NCBI GenBank assembly: GCA_965644295.1
Contig: CBFFRP010000298.1
Location: 62,001-126,000 of the forward strand
Source: Paraphysomonas bandaiensis
Lineage: Eukaryota > Protista > Chrysophyceae
Direction: 5' to 3'
DNA: 64,000 nucleotides
Part shown: one piece after another, positions 25,539 to 39,225 of the stretch
Layout of the letters: each line of letters begins with the position of its first letter
Numbering within the stretch: the stretch's first letter is position 1
The notes under the pieces: generated by a model
The model's database searches: none
What the model saw: only the letters and a program-made list of their open reading frames with translations
What the model was told of the DNA's origin: nothing
Position numbers and translations under genes: made by a program

Positions 25539-27862
25539 CACCCAAGGCCGACAGGAGGAAGGACTGGGAGGACAAAGCAATGACAGGTTATTTCATAGGG
25601 TATCCAGCTGATCGAAAAGGATACAAGGTGCTAGTGGGGGACACCGTAGTACACTCTGTACATGTATTATTTGATGAATCGGTACCTGAGAGGTCTCAGG
25701 ATTATTATAGAGAGCTGGAGGAGGCTCAAGTGGCTATAGATCCCGAGGCTCGTCAACCGGGTGAGTTTGAGTATCTTATCGGAAAGCACCATGAGGATGG
25801 TGGTCTGCTATACAAGACTAACAGAGTGGTGATAAGGAAGGGACTTATTGTGGGATACCGGTCGTTGGTTACTGGTAACCAGGTTCAAGTGGAGGATAAA
25901 ACTCCTATTCATATTGCTGACATCAAGAAGATGACAGAGGATCTTGCGCAGAGGGTGGTTAGGGCCAGAGTTACTGACAACCGTGACGGCGGTATCAGCG
26001 GAGTGGTGCCACAGCAGTCGGAAAGTGGGCAGGTGCAGCCCCAGGCTGACTCAGCATTACCTTCGGGGGAAGGGACCCCTGCCGAGAATCATCCGCACGG
26101 CAAACGCGCAAGAACTCCAAGGACGGTAACGAATGTGTCGGTGTTAGGACAAATCCATCATTTGAGTGATGAGAGTGATGTGAGTGACCTTTTACAGGAG
26201 GCAGACTCAGTGTGGATGTCAGCGGAAGAGTCGACAGTGCCTCAGACACATCGTGAGTCCTTGGAGAGTGCCGAGCACAGGGAGTGGAGACGAGCTCGCC
26301 GTGTAGAGCGAGAGGGTTTGGCGAAGCGAGATACCATGGAGGTGACTCGTATACCGGACGGAGTCGTCCCACTGCACTCCAAGTACGTCTATGGAAAGAA
26401 GTACGATAAGGAGGGAGAGGTCCGCCGATATAAGGCTCGTCTTGTAGCAATCGGTTGTGGACAGCAGTCGAGTGGTTGGGCGAACCATTTCGCACCCGTT
26501 GTTAAGGGGGTAACAGTGCGACTGTTAATCGCCATAGCTTTCGTGATGAACATGGTAATTCATCAACTGGATGTGTCTAACGCATTTCTATATGCAGATA
26601 TAGAGGGGGATGTATATATGAAGGCAACTCCGGACTTTCAGCTGCCTGAGGGGTACTGCTTTAAGTTGAAGAAGTCGTTATACGGGCTTCGGAGTTCCCC
26701 GCGGTCGTGGTGGAAAACATTGGATAAATTCATACGATCTATGCATTTTAAACCATGTGTATTAGACCCGTGTTTGTATTATCAGTATAAGGGCGATGAA
26801 TTGATATTATTAACGATATATGTGGATGATATCCTAGTGTTAGGTCGTGATGTCAACATAGTGAAGGATATTAAAGCTCAACTGTGTGCCCGGTTTGATA
26901 TGAAGGATATGGGCGAGATGGAACATTTTCTGAATGTTCGAGTCACAAGAACGCCAGAGTATATTCGTCTTGACCAATCAGTATATGCGGCTAAGATCTT
27001 AGAAAAGTTTGAAAAGTATCTTGGGTCACCGCGAAAGGTACGGAAGAGTCCTCTACCGGCGGAAGCAATGGATTTAGTGGCAAAAGGGGCGCGGCATGAG
27101 CATACCGAGGAGGAACAGCTTATAGTAGATAACTTCCCATATCGGCCGCTGATAGGTGCATTACTATATCTATCGATGAACACGAGGCCGGATATTGCCT
27201 ATGCAGTGGGAGTACTGTCTCGGTTCAGTAATAAGGTGAATATTGAAGTATGCAAGCTATTAACACATGTATGGCAATATATTCGTGGTTCTATTGACAA
27301 AGGGATTCAATATGGGAGTAGACGGTTCGACTTCCATATGTTTACTGACGCGGATTGGGCGGGAGATCAGCTCTCCAGGAAGTCCACGTCGGGGTACGTT
27401 GGGTTTGCAGCGGGAGGGCCTATAGTCTGGCAGTCCAAACTGCAGACGACAGTGGCAACGTCAAGCATGCAGTCTGAGTATCAGTGTATTTACTCGGGTC
27501 TCCAAGAAGTGCTATGGGTTCGGGGGGTGACGGGTGAGATTAAGTTGAGGCTCATCAAACCCACACCATTCTTCATCGACAGTCAGAGTGCCCAGGATTT
27601 GGCCGAAAACCCAGTGTTTCACAAGAAGTCGAAGCACATTGAGATTAAGTATCACATGGTGAGAGAGCACGTGGATCCCAATCAGTTCAATACGATTAAG
27701 TTAGTGCATGTGCATACATCGCAACAAGCAGCAGATATTTATACAAAGTCATTGGTTGGTTTATCATATATGGAGCAGAGAAAGAGAAATCTTGGAGAGA
27801 AAGTTAAGAGTTCCACTGAAGTGATTAATGAGGGACCAAGGGATAAAAGAAGGCGCAAGTAG
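25469..27862 (+). CDS. Copia pol, 3' part (integrase C-terminus/SH3-like, reverse transcriptase, RNase H)
   Basis: LRKWGCKAYV...GYFIGY; YKARLVA; QLDVSNAFL; LKKSLYGL; YVDD; FTDADWAG; KHIEIKYH. Confidence 0.95.
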   Translation: MCPRGSVPSLSWLRKWGCKAYVLTPKADRRKDWEDKAMTGYFIGYPADRKGYKVLVGDTVVHSVHVLFDESVPERSQDYYRELEEAQVAIDPEARQPGEFEYLIGKHHEDGGLLYKTNRVVIRKGLIVGYRSLVTGNQVQVEDKTPIHIADIKKMTEDLAQRVVRARVTDNRDGGISGVVPQQSESGQVQPQADSALPSGEGTPAENHPHGKRARTPRTVTNVSVLGQIHHLSDESDVSDLLQEADSVWMSAEESTVPQTHRESLESAEHREWRRARRVEREGLAKRDTMEVTRIPDGVVPLHSKYVYGKKYDKEGEVRRYKARLVAIGCGQQSSGWANHFAPVVKGVTVRLLIAIAFVMNMVIHQLDVSNAFLYADIEGDVYMKATPDFQLPEGYCFKLKKSLYGLRSSPRSWWKTLDKFIRSMHFKPCVLDPCLYYQYKGDELILLTIYVDDILVLGRDVNIVKDIKAQLCARFDMKDMGEMEHFLNVRVTRTPEYIRLDQSVYAAKILEKFEKYLGSPRKVRKSPLPAEAMDLVAKGARHEHTEEEQLIVDNFPYRPLIGALLYLSMNTRPDIAYAVGVLSRFSNKVNIEVCKLLTHVWQYIRGSIDKGIQYGSRRFDFHMFTDADWAGDQLSRKSTSGYVGFAAGGPIVWQSKLQTTVATSSMQSEYQCIYSGLQEVLWVRGVTGEIKLRLIKPTPFFIDSQSAQDLAENPVFHKKSKHIEIKYHMVREHVDPNQFNTIKLVHVHTSQQAADIYTKSLVGLSYMEQRKRNLGEKVKSSTEVINEGPRDKRRRK

Positions 27863-27978
27863 GTACTGAGTTTTTTAGACAGAGGTTTAGACTTAGAGAT
27901 GAGTCTATTTTACTGTCAAGAATTTTTTTTATCTCAGGCATTCAATAGCTGGGAGGCGTCATAGTACAACACTCAATT

Positions 27979-27987
27979 GAGGGGGAG
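27979..27987 (+). promoter_or_regulatory. Polypurine tract GAGGGGGAG
   Basis: Abuts the 3' LTR start. Confidence 0.9.
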
Positions 27988-28280
27988 TGTTGAGATCTGA
28001 AGATTCTATATACTTGCAATTGAGTGCAGTATTATGTGAGATGCAAGGATCGAAAGATATATATGTAATTAGTACATTATATTATGTAGTATGAAACTGA
28101 AGTAGAAGTGGATGACTATACAGGATACGATCACTGAGTGTGTGGTTTGTACACTATAGTAGTAAATGAATGGTGTTGAACACATCGAACACAACTTAGG
28201 TTCTTTATCATGTAATGTTTATAATTTCATCTTATCAGTTGAGAATAGAAAACCTTAGCAAATAATGTCAACTTCTGTTA
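27988..28280 (+). repeat. 3' LTR
   Basis: Identical to the 5' LTR; followed by the TSD CTAAT. Confidence 0.95.
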
Positions 28281-28436
28281 CTAATGGTACCAACTTGAGT
28301 GGTTAACATAGTACCTCCTTTCTGTGTTTAATGACTAGCAGTATGTTGACTCATATCATAATGCATACATAAATTATTTTAATGTCACCCACATATTCTC
28401 AACAAGTGGTGTCTAAACGAATATAAAAAATACCTA

Positions 28437-28645
28437 TAAAGACAACGTGTTACTAATTGCCGTTGGGCTCATGTTGATGGTAAAATCTGTTGGAATGCGC
28501 TGTAGCTTGTAATCCACGTCCCAGAACTACAAGATTAGTTTTAAATTTCTCAATTTCTCCAGGCTCCGTTCCTTTCACCTTTATGAGCGAACTTGACTCT
28601 CCGTGACATTTTCACAACCCTCAGCACTCCACGCTGCCGTAGGTA
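28437..28645 (-). pseudogene. Decayed Copia reverse-transcriptase N-terminal relic
   Basis: Frameshifted minus-strand peptides LRQRGVLRVVK, GEIEKFKTNLVVLG (28519-28560) and TDFTINMSPTA parallel the Copia pattern G.+.+YKARLV..G..Q...DF..TFSP. Confidence 0.6.
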
Positions 28646-29652
28646 AATAACCCGTGTCTAGTGAGACGTAAGAATTTAGAACATTATATCGAACACTGGG
28701 TTTCTAACCAGGTTCGTCAAAGATATATCTGTGTTTCACATGCTCATTTAATCATTCTATATACGAGCTGTTGGAAGAGTAAAGTTTCGTATGCTCATAA
28801 GTCTGGAAACCTATGCAGGTCTTAAGAAGCTTGCTGTGTATCTACACGATGCACGACAGCGGTACTGTACTGTGATATTCTATAGAAGTGAAAGGCATAA
28901 GAAAATTATTGTGGCATTCCTTCTCAAGCACCATCGTACATGTCGTTTATGATATAATTAATTTTGAAACAATGTTTTTCCGCATATAAAATTATGAAAT
29001 TTAGGCACCGTTAAGACAAGTGGAACTTATGTTCAATACTTACAGAATTAACACGCAGTTTGAATGCATCAGTATAATTATGATTGAACGCCTACTGGTA
29101 ATGGACCGGTCTTGATTGTACCCATACTTCGTTCCATCCCTTGACTCGGCCTCAATAAGGACGTATTAAGCTGAATCTTGAAGGCATCCTTTTATGCATG
29201 GTCGAAATATGAGTCAATAGAAGTTTTAGTAGCATCTCTGTTAGTGTAAATTGTGTACAGGCATGGCTGTTGTCTTTGGAAAAACAATACAATATATCGT
29301 ATTGAGAAATCATCCTACTACTGTATCTATATATTGTAACTCGTCTTCTTCTATACCTGCTATATGTCTGCTAACACCATTAATATGATGATAACGAATT
29401 GCAAAGAAGCTGTTCAGCTAAAAGATAACAAAGTCGGACTCGCACGTTTCGTGGTGTACTGGGGGATAAATATCAGAGAGATTTTCTCTCGGAATCTAAC
29501 GTGACCCACTCACAGCCAAATATACTACTTCTTGCTTACACGCCAACAGCGAGTAATAAAACATTCAATACACATCTATGCCTGATAATATAATTTTAAG
29601 GCATGTTGTTTTTTCTAAGAAAGATAAATATGACTTATTATTCATACTGTGT

Positions 29653-29808
29653 GGACCCACCCCATTTTTTCTACACAGCCAATGTGCCCGTGACTTAGCG
29701 CTGAAACCATTATTCCATACACGTTTGAAACATATCGAGATCAAGTATCATTGAGTACGTTAGCATGTAAGGTATGGATCATGCCCAAGAATCAAAATTA
29801 TTTAGGAC
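29653..29808 (+). pseudogene. Decayed Copia RNase H relic
   Basis: GPTPFFLHSQCARDLALKPLFHTRLKHIEIKYH*VR*HV aligns to the intact element's KPTPFFIDSQSAQDLAENPVFHKKSKHIEIKYHMVREHV; in-frame stops. Confidence 0.8.
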
Positions 29809-31059
29809 TCGAGGAAGGACCAGTGAGACCCGCTGGTAACTCACGCACAGTAGTTGCAAACAAATGCAAGGAGAATCGCGATAATGAGACTTGTATTGCT
29901 TAATTTTCGATGCAGTCCAAACTGTGGCGAAGCATTATTGGAGATCATTGATCAATACTGCAGGGAGAAGGACATGCTTCCTACTCATCGCCGCAATAAA
30001 GGCTTCGGCTTAAAACCTTTAGTCTGTCTCGCTAATAATAAGGCATTCACTACTATATAATATATAAAACAACACTACTACACTTAATATAACTAACATT
30101 TACATAATAATATACTAACACTTTAAATATTAAGCGCCTCAAGTAAGTCGCCGCTACTTTGTAATCACGCTGTCCATCATTAAATTTAATGCGTTCATAT
30201 CACAAAGATGTTAAGTTACCCTAAGTCCGGGTAAAATGGCAAAAACCGGAGGGTAAATTTACCCTAACGTTACCCTTCCATTATTTACTTTTTCTTAATA
30301 AAACGCTATTTTCGGGGAGGCTAAATTTTTATATAGCCAGTGTACAATAAAAACCATACTACCCTTTTCACCCTCGCTTAAGTATAAGAAATACCCATAT
30401 TAAGAAATACTCTGATCTTTCTCTATGCTGAAAGACCGTGACTGCAGCGACGTTTTAAGTAATTTAAAGTACTTCCCAAACCAAGAATACACTGTCCAGT
30501 TCATCAAACCGGTAAAACTGCCATCTAAACCAAGCAAAGGGCGAGGAAAGAATGAATTGAATTACGTTAAAAAATAGAAGTGAATCAATACTAAGTAGTA
30601 ACACACTAAAAGTAACACACACTAATAATATTGTATTAAATATAACTGTTTTTCAGGTCAACGGATACATTTACCTTAATATTGTGGGATCACAAGGAGG
30701 GCGATATACACTGCGTATCAACGGCATCGTAGCCTCAAATAGTAGGATATCAGAATTAAGCACAAATTAGTTTAAAAAAATTCTATATTAGTTCTGACTC
30801 TTACACGCCTATTGCTAATAATTAGACAATCACTACAAGTTAGTAACATAAGCAATGTGGTGTGCTGGGGCGTTGGTCGTTGATCTAAGGGATAGTATAC
30901 TAGCTTACTTTCTACTGAAATCTATTTCATTAGCACAAAGTAACCTCAAAGGAAGAGTTCGACCAGGAGACACTCCTTCAATAGGAATTCGCCTCAAGCG
31001 TTAATGTCTGCTTTAGCCATCATGAGAGCAGAAAACAATAACGGAAGAGAAGATGGTAA

Positions 31060-31260
31060 CAATAGACTGCACTGCATAGTGCTTGAAGTCGACATGAGCA
31101 GCACGACATCACACAGAAGCTACTGCTCGCTCTCGGGTACAGATGTAACGGTTTCAGCCGTAACGTATGCACCTCTGAAGCGTGGCTGTAACTTGTTGGG
31201 CATATGCTGAGAGGATTGAGGGTTGTGCCGGTGTCCTCATGACGGCCACGACTCTCCTAA
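31060..31260 (-). pseudogene. Possible Ty3/Gypsy integrase C-terminal (GPY/F) relic
   Basis: PNKLQPRFRGAY (KLQPRFRGAY at 31165-31194) resembles the KL.PR+.GPY motif. A downstream AAHVDFKHYAVQSIV resembles a chromodomain start. Short and frameshifted. Confidence 0.35.
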
Positions 31261-31300
31261 CCGCAGCAGAAGATACCTACAAGAGTACACGCGTAGACGT

Positions 31301-31596
31301 GTATGTATGTATGTATGTATGTATGTATGTATGTATGTATGTATGTATGTATGTATGTATGTATGTATGTATGTATGTATGTATGTATGTATGTATGTAT
31401 GTATGTATGTATGTATGTATGTATGTATGTATGTATGTATGTATGTATGTATGTATGTATGTATGTATGTATGTATGTATGTATGTATGTATGTATGTAT
31501 GTATGTATGTATGTATGTATGTATGTATGTATGTATGTATGTATGTATGTATGTATGTATGTATGTATGTATGTATGTATGTATGTATGTATGTAT
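31301..31596. repeat. (GTAT)74 microsatellite
   Basis: Perfect tetranucleotide run; source of the spurious MYVC/HTYI ORFs. Confidence 0.98.
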
Positions 31597-31716
31597 ATAT
31601 AACACTGTATCGTGATATCTTCTATGGGGGATGTCATATATATACAATAAGTGTTCGGTCTTCATTGTAATAGTGATTTCGTAGCTATCATCTGCTAACC
31701 ACGTATATACCTCTCA

Positions 31717-33356
31717 ATGGCAGGTGCATATACCTCCTCCTCCATCTCTGTTCTCTACTAATCATGCATCAGGGTCTCGTAAACGGCATCGCAGTGGCAA
31801 TACTGCTCCCTCCTCCTCATCAACTGCCACCTCATCCAACAACAATAATAAATCTGGTTCAAAAGACACTACCAAAGAGACATCTGTCAGTGTCAAAGAA
31901 GAGCCGTTGCAACAGTCTCCCTCTCAGTCCTCAACTAAGCCTGTAACTCAACTCACTTCACAAGAGGTGTCCCTTCAAGATATCGGTATCAACTATTCGT
32001 CTTAGTTCAAGTGATTCATATCTATATATTTGCTATGACAGAGTCGCATCCGGATTACATTAAGCGCAAAAAAGTTATTTTGAATACTAAAATGAGAAAA
32101 TCTCAAGAAGCTGATCGTAACCGGCAGTTACAGATCGATAACATCAATCAGCTCTATTCGTTTGAGTTGGAAGATTTGGAGGCTAAATATAAGGTACGTA
32201 TATGCATAGTATAAAGAGACTAGATGCACGTGTATATGTGTGTGATATAGAGGGACTGTTGTGTATATGTATATGTGTGGATTAATTATATAGGGACTGG
32301 ATAGATGTGTATATATATGTGTATAGAGAATATATACATTTCTTGTTGTATGTTTATGTATTTATTGTGTTTTATATTCAGGTCGAATGCGAACAATTGA
32401 AACAAAGTGTATACGATCGATTGATGGAACAGCAACGACTGGCAGATCAATCGTTGCCATCGTCTTCGAACAGTCGAATGAACACTAGACAGACAGCTAA
32501 CGTTGAGAACACAGATGATTTGTCTCAAGAGGCAGCCAGATCGTCAGTGAATAATGCATTCAGTCACAATGGTAATGCTGCGAAAGCGACCACCACCTCG
32601 CGAGCCAGTTCTCTCAAGAAAAGTAATGGGAATGTGTTTGGGAGCTCCATTGATAAAGTACTTCCAGAAGAGTCAGTAAGGGAAGATTTTGTGTCCATTG
32701 TAAGAGATTTAGAAGACAGAGCTGTCAACTATACAAAGCAGCAGGTATGGTATAGTCTCTGATGGAACTTCTATGTGTGACGCTGGAATAATCGACTCAT
32801 ATGTACTATTATATACTGAAAAAGCTGTTGCAACATAGTACAACATGCTATGCCAATTGCAGCTGTGAGCACAATTTGTATGTTGTCTTTTCTAACTACA
32901 CACACAGAGAGCCAAGCTGCCCCCTCTTGATGTCGAAATTACCGACAACTCTCTTGTAATTCGATCACGTCCCCGCAGGGGCTCTATCGACACCACCAAT
33001 AATTCTACACCATCAAATTCGACCCCAAAGGAGGATATATACAGGGTGGGGTGTATGGTGACTATCCACAGTACTGATTCGGATGAGCAGCTTAATGGAA
33101 AGATTATGGTAATTGGTGAAGATGACGTAATCGTACGTTTGCACACTGGACCGAGACTACGAATTCCACTTGCCCAATTACGAGATCGCAGGTAAATGTG
33201 ACGTATTAGATATACTCTTCTGCTTATGATACTTTTTTTTGTCATTTTTGATGTGGTGTAGAAGAGTGTAGTGTGTTGTACATATGCATTGCCTTAGGAT
33301 TGTATAGTCGATTTTATACAATGGTGTTTGCATCGATTTACAGGATAGTGTTATAG
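31717..33356 (+). CDS. Sds3/BRMS1-like subunit of the Sin3-HDAC complex, multi-exon
   Basis: MA|GSRKRHRS...; SHPDYIKRKK...RQLQIDNINQLYSFELEDLEAKYK|VECEQLKQSVYDRLMEQQ (Sds3-type coiled coil); VREDFVSI; C-terminal YRVGCMVTIH...GKIMVIGEDDVIVRLHTGPRLRIPLAQLRDR as in SDS3/BRMS1L. Confidence 0.7.
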
Positions 33357-34930
33357 CTGATACAGTTTGCCTCTGTATGTGATGTAGTAGGTTGTGTATG
33401 GTACATATCATCTTGCTGTTCTCTATTTGAGGAAGTCATGTGTAATGTATTTGCAGGGTCAGCATTCTCAGAGATGCAGAAATATACCGGGACCTTGCTA
33501 TTATTTTGGCTGCTCGATGAAACCCATTGTGCGGATGGTGCGCTGTACATACACTGCCTATATGCAATATATCGACCTCGTGCGAAATGTCATAGAATTA
33601 TATAAATGCATGTTTCAGTGGTATTGAAGTAGTTTCGTGTAGAAGAATCGGTCAGTTTGTGGTTGGAACTGTAAGTTGTAGTGTTGTCGTTGGAATGTAA
33701 GTTGAGACTTTGTTTGCATTTCAGTATAATAAATAGAAGAATAAGAAATCTTGTTAATTTAGCTCATATTTGGACCTTTTCTAAAGTTATAAACTATTAC
33801 TGAGCATTACATTATGTTCACAAGCTTTGTAATCGCTGTAACCCAAATACCCATTCGAAATCGTTAATTTCTGATGTACCCAGTGAATATCTTCCAATCC
33901 TGTAATTAATTGATATGATTAATATAAATAGAATCTGCAATCAGAGGACTCAATTATATAACATTGTTGATCTCTCATTGCTATTTCTTGCTACACCATT
34001 GATTTGGTACAGAAATGATTGCTTAGAATAATATATTTGGCAACTTATGCTTCTGCAATAGTCAGCAGAAGATTTAATCTAAGCGCGCATACACCAGTAC
34101 CCCCGTAAACCTCGCCATTTTATTATTGTTGTGATGCAACGGCTAACGTTTTATAATGTTTCTTTAGTTTTAGCACTGAATGCTTGAGAATGTAACTCAT
34201 GCATTTATCTATGCATAGACAATTACTAGACATGCTGTAGAATGACAATGATGGGAAATGGAAAGCATTTCGAGCACTATGAAGGCAAGCTTGAGATATC
34301 CACAGAGTGATGAGATGAGGATGAGAAAGGGACATATATATAGTATGTCCCCTGTGCTAGAGTATGTTTGCAGCTATAGCGCTGAAGCCTCTCAATGAGA
34401 CCATGTGGTCTCAGTATACACAATGAGCATATCCATGATGTGGCTCCCTCTCAGATATGCATGTATAGCCACGACAGATTTATTGACAGCAATCACTTGC
34501 TGTTCTGTTAAGGAGCGAACTGAACTTGAGTCTATATGATGGTGATCGGCATCTTAAATATATTTTTGTTCAGAGATGCCTCTAATATTGAGACAATAAT
34601 TATCTGTATTCCAGCCGTAGTTGCATTGCAGTAATATAGAGGATTTTTGTTTCAATATATTTCCGAAAACTATGATGCTGTCTGCCCATACGTAAGCATA
34701 TACTGCACTGCTATACGTGTACTTCTGTATTGTGTAGGTGTACGTATTACCTGCTGTATTACCCACTGAAGTAGCAGTGTACAGATATATTGTACCGCTG
34801 TACATGTCACACACACCAGTATGGTATGACACACAGAGAGCAGCATTGCTGCACAAGCCACCCACACATACATAGACAGAATAGAGCGAGCAGACCTTCT
34901 AATCTAATCAACAATCAACCCAATCATCCA

Positions 34931-35938
34931 ATGTCACCTTCATCCTCTCTCTCTCTTCCCCCTGTCACCTCATTCACTTTCCTCTCCCTCCTCTCCCTCT
35001 CTCTAATAGGCCCCTATATATTCATATGCGGTATATACGTGTATCACTTTCATATGAGAAAACACGCTATAAAACTCAGAAAAAAAGGAGACGAGCCTCT
35101 TATGAAACACATTAATGACTGGTTCACATCACTCTTCCGTCCAGAGGGGATTACATCTGTTGTTGTCTACATGTTCACATGTCTGTCAGCGTCCCTCTTA
35201 ATGCCCACACAGTGCGGATGGATTGTACCCAAATCCATTCAAACTCTCACTCTCACTATTCATTTTGGAAGTCTTTTCATGCATTTTATAGTGTTTGATT
35301 CAGTCATGTGGTGCATTCATTATCTACAGCATCATTGGCGTTGGCTGTATTATAACACACATGCGATTCATCATACTATAAAGTCTCCTACTATAATAGT
35401 GGCTTTAACGGGTTATGTGCCTGATACATTTCTTCTCATCCTCATTCCATTACATATTACTGTTTCCATTGTTCCGCATGGGAACTTTTTAACAGTATTC
35501 GTGTTTTCTATTGTTAGCTTGTTTCATTTGCATTGTATCCATTCTGAATTCCAGCATGTTTGGGACCCCATATTCAGGAAACTTGGAATTGTTAACAGTT
35601 GGGACCACCACGGTAATGACACAATATATAGACTTATTTTGGATAGGCATTGTTAGTTTTATTTTGATGTCTTGTGATGTTTTCTCCATGTGTATTCGTG
35701 TATATATATGATATTTTTCATATGAAAGATGAAATAGTTGTTGTGAAGTGTCATACTCTACTCGCGATATCTAATTCGTATAATAATTACTGTTTTGTAT
35801 GTTACAGTACATCACCTGCGTCCAAGGAAAAATCTTGCCCATTTCTTTGTGGCTCTAGACATCATTATGGGCACATATCAAGATCCGAGAGAGCTCTCTT
35901 CCTTGCAATTGTCCAACGACAGCAGCAAACTCAAATAG
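34931..35938 (+). CDS. Fatty acid hydroxylase / sterol desaturase superfamily membrane di-iron enzyme (2 exons)
   Basis: Hydrophobic helices with His boxes HYLQH, HAIHH, HCIH and, after splicing, DHHVHH; C-terminal NLAHFFVALDIIMGTY. Confidence 0.88.
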
Positions 35939-36672
35939 CGTGATGCAGACAAGACTGCAGTTGTGTTTAGGATTCGTGTGAGAAGGTGTTCATACCAGAA
36001 TATAGTGTTAGTGATAATAAGACATTGAATTATATATAATTTAGGCATAACTGACGCGTCTTGTAAAATACTTTTTCAAAGCGATGGAAATGCTATATAT
36101 TATAATGGTGTCAGTACAAAATAGTAAATAGGACATGCCCCGTGCAAATAAAGATGTGATTGTCAGAGTATTAAACACATATTTGTTAGCGTTCTATTGG
36201 CCTAGTACAGTGCAATACTTCACGAAGGTTAATACCTATGTATCGTATATCATCATACTCCACTGCACTACGGTTTCAGATTTAACTATTATGCATACCT
36301 ACACAAGCTACTTTTAGACACCCTAGTGACTATATATTGATAAGAGAGTTTACGCTCTTCCTACAATAATCCACTGTGTCGTCCTATTCACTACCTTGCC
36401 AGTCTTCTCAACAAAAGATACAATGTCATACATTCTTTCCAATTAATGGATCTTGCCTTATATGTCATTCTATGTTCCCAATGTACTAACGATTACGCTC
36501 TACCTCGACAACAATGGAATAAAGTTAAAATAGAGTTCACATTACTTAAGCACAATATGTGACCAGTTTGACGTGTGAGAAAAAACGGACAGTTGCAACT
36601 CAAACAATCCAATGAGACACTACAAAATAACCCAAACAGTTATCCATATCACACATCACAGCAGTGCTGCTT

Positions 36673-38332
<1,660 letters not shown>

Positions 38333-39225
38333 GATGTCGGAGTGGAATGGTCAGTGTATAGATAGAGTCTGCTGTGGTGGTATGGTAATTATGAGGATCT
38401 CCCTCAGGCGTATCATACTCACAGTACGCACCAATTTTATGGCTATAATTTTGGCATCTATTATTATCCAATCAATGGTTAGATTTCTATGATACTTGTA
38501 TTTAATTTGTTAATACTTCCCTTCTAGAATATTCATGCCGTGAGGAGAATACATTGTATTCACCTGTATATGTACAGTATTATATTTCTAGATTAATAAC
38601 ACTTCTAAATGTTATACGGAAGGACTACACTCTGTAGTTTATGATAATACAGCTCCCCAGAATTCCCTTTTTTTTCCCTTCATGGGAAATACAGTGAAAA
38701 TACATTAGTAGTCTAGTGTACGTTATACCCTATGGGGCCTCACCCCTACCTCCGGTATTCCTGACTACACTGTGGGTTGGGTCTAGGGTGGGAATGGAAT
38801 CTGACCTGGAAACGTAATACCAGTAATACCGTGAAATACGTAAAAAAATGAATCTTCCTACTCCAACATTTCGATTATGTCTCACACTCTACCATATATA
38901 CAGCAGAGTACACATATGTATACTCCAAACAAACAATAATAATGAGGGTATTCCTTATAGAACATGTTTTTAGGAACATTTTCAGGAACATTTGTTGCTG
39001 GAATTTTGCAAAAAAAAACCCTTATACATTTTCAGGAACATTTTCAGCAACATTTGTTCCTGGCAAAGTCGGCAGCAGGCGTTTTTGCCAGCAACATAGG
39101 CCAATGTTCCTGGCAAAACGAATTTTTTCCAGCAACACAGGAACATTGTGACGTGCATGAATATATACTTTAAAGTGTATATTATTACATGAATTTACTA
39201 TACCTAAAACAGTTATTGTTGACAT

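Larger units (their letters stand above)
22988..28280 (+). mobile_element. Full-length Ty1/Copia LTR retrotransposon
   Basis: Two identical 293-bp LTRs; 5-bp TSD CTAAT (22983-22987 and 28281-28285); PBS and PPT present; domain order gag-PR-IN-RT-RH. Confidence 0.97.
22619..28417 (+). repeat. 249-bp direct tandem duplication: copy 1 22619-22867; copy 2 22868-22987 plus 28286-28417, split by the Copia insertion
   Basis: ATCAACTACAGCTCTC...GTGGTGTCTAAA occurs twice, differing by about 2 substitutions and one 2-bp indel. Confidence 0.93.

Noticed and set aside
31182-31670. MYVC/HTYI repeat ORFs (also 58029-58373)
   Set aside because: Translation artefacts of (GTAT)n.
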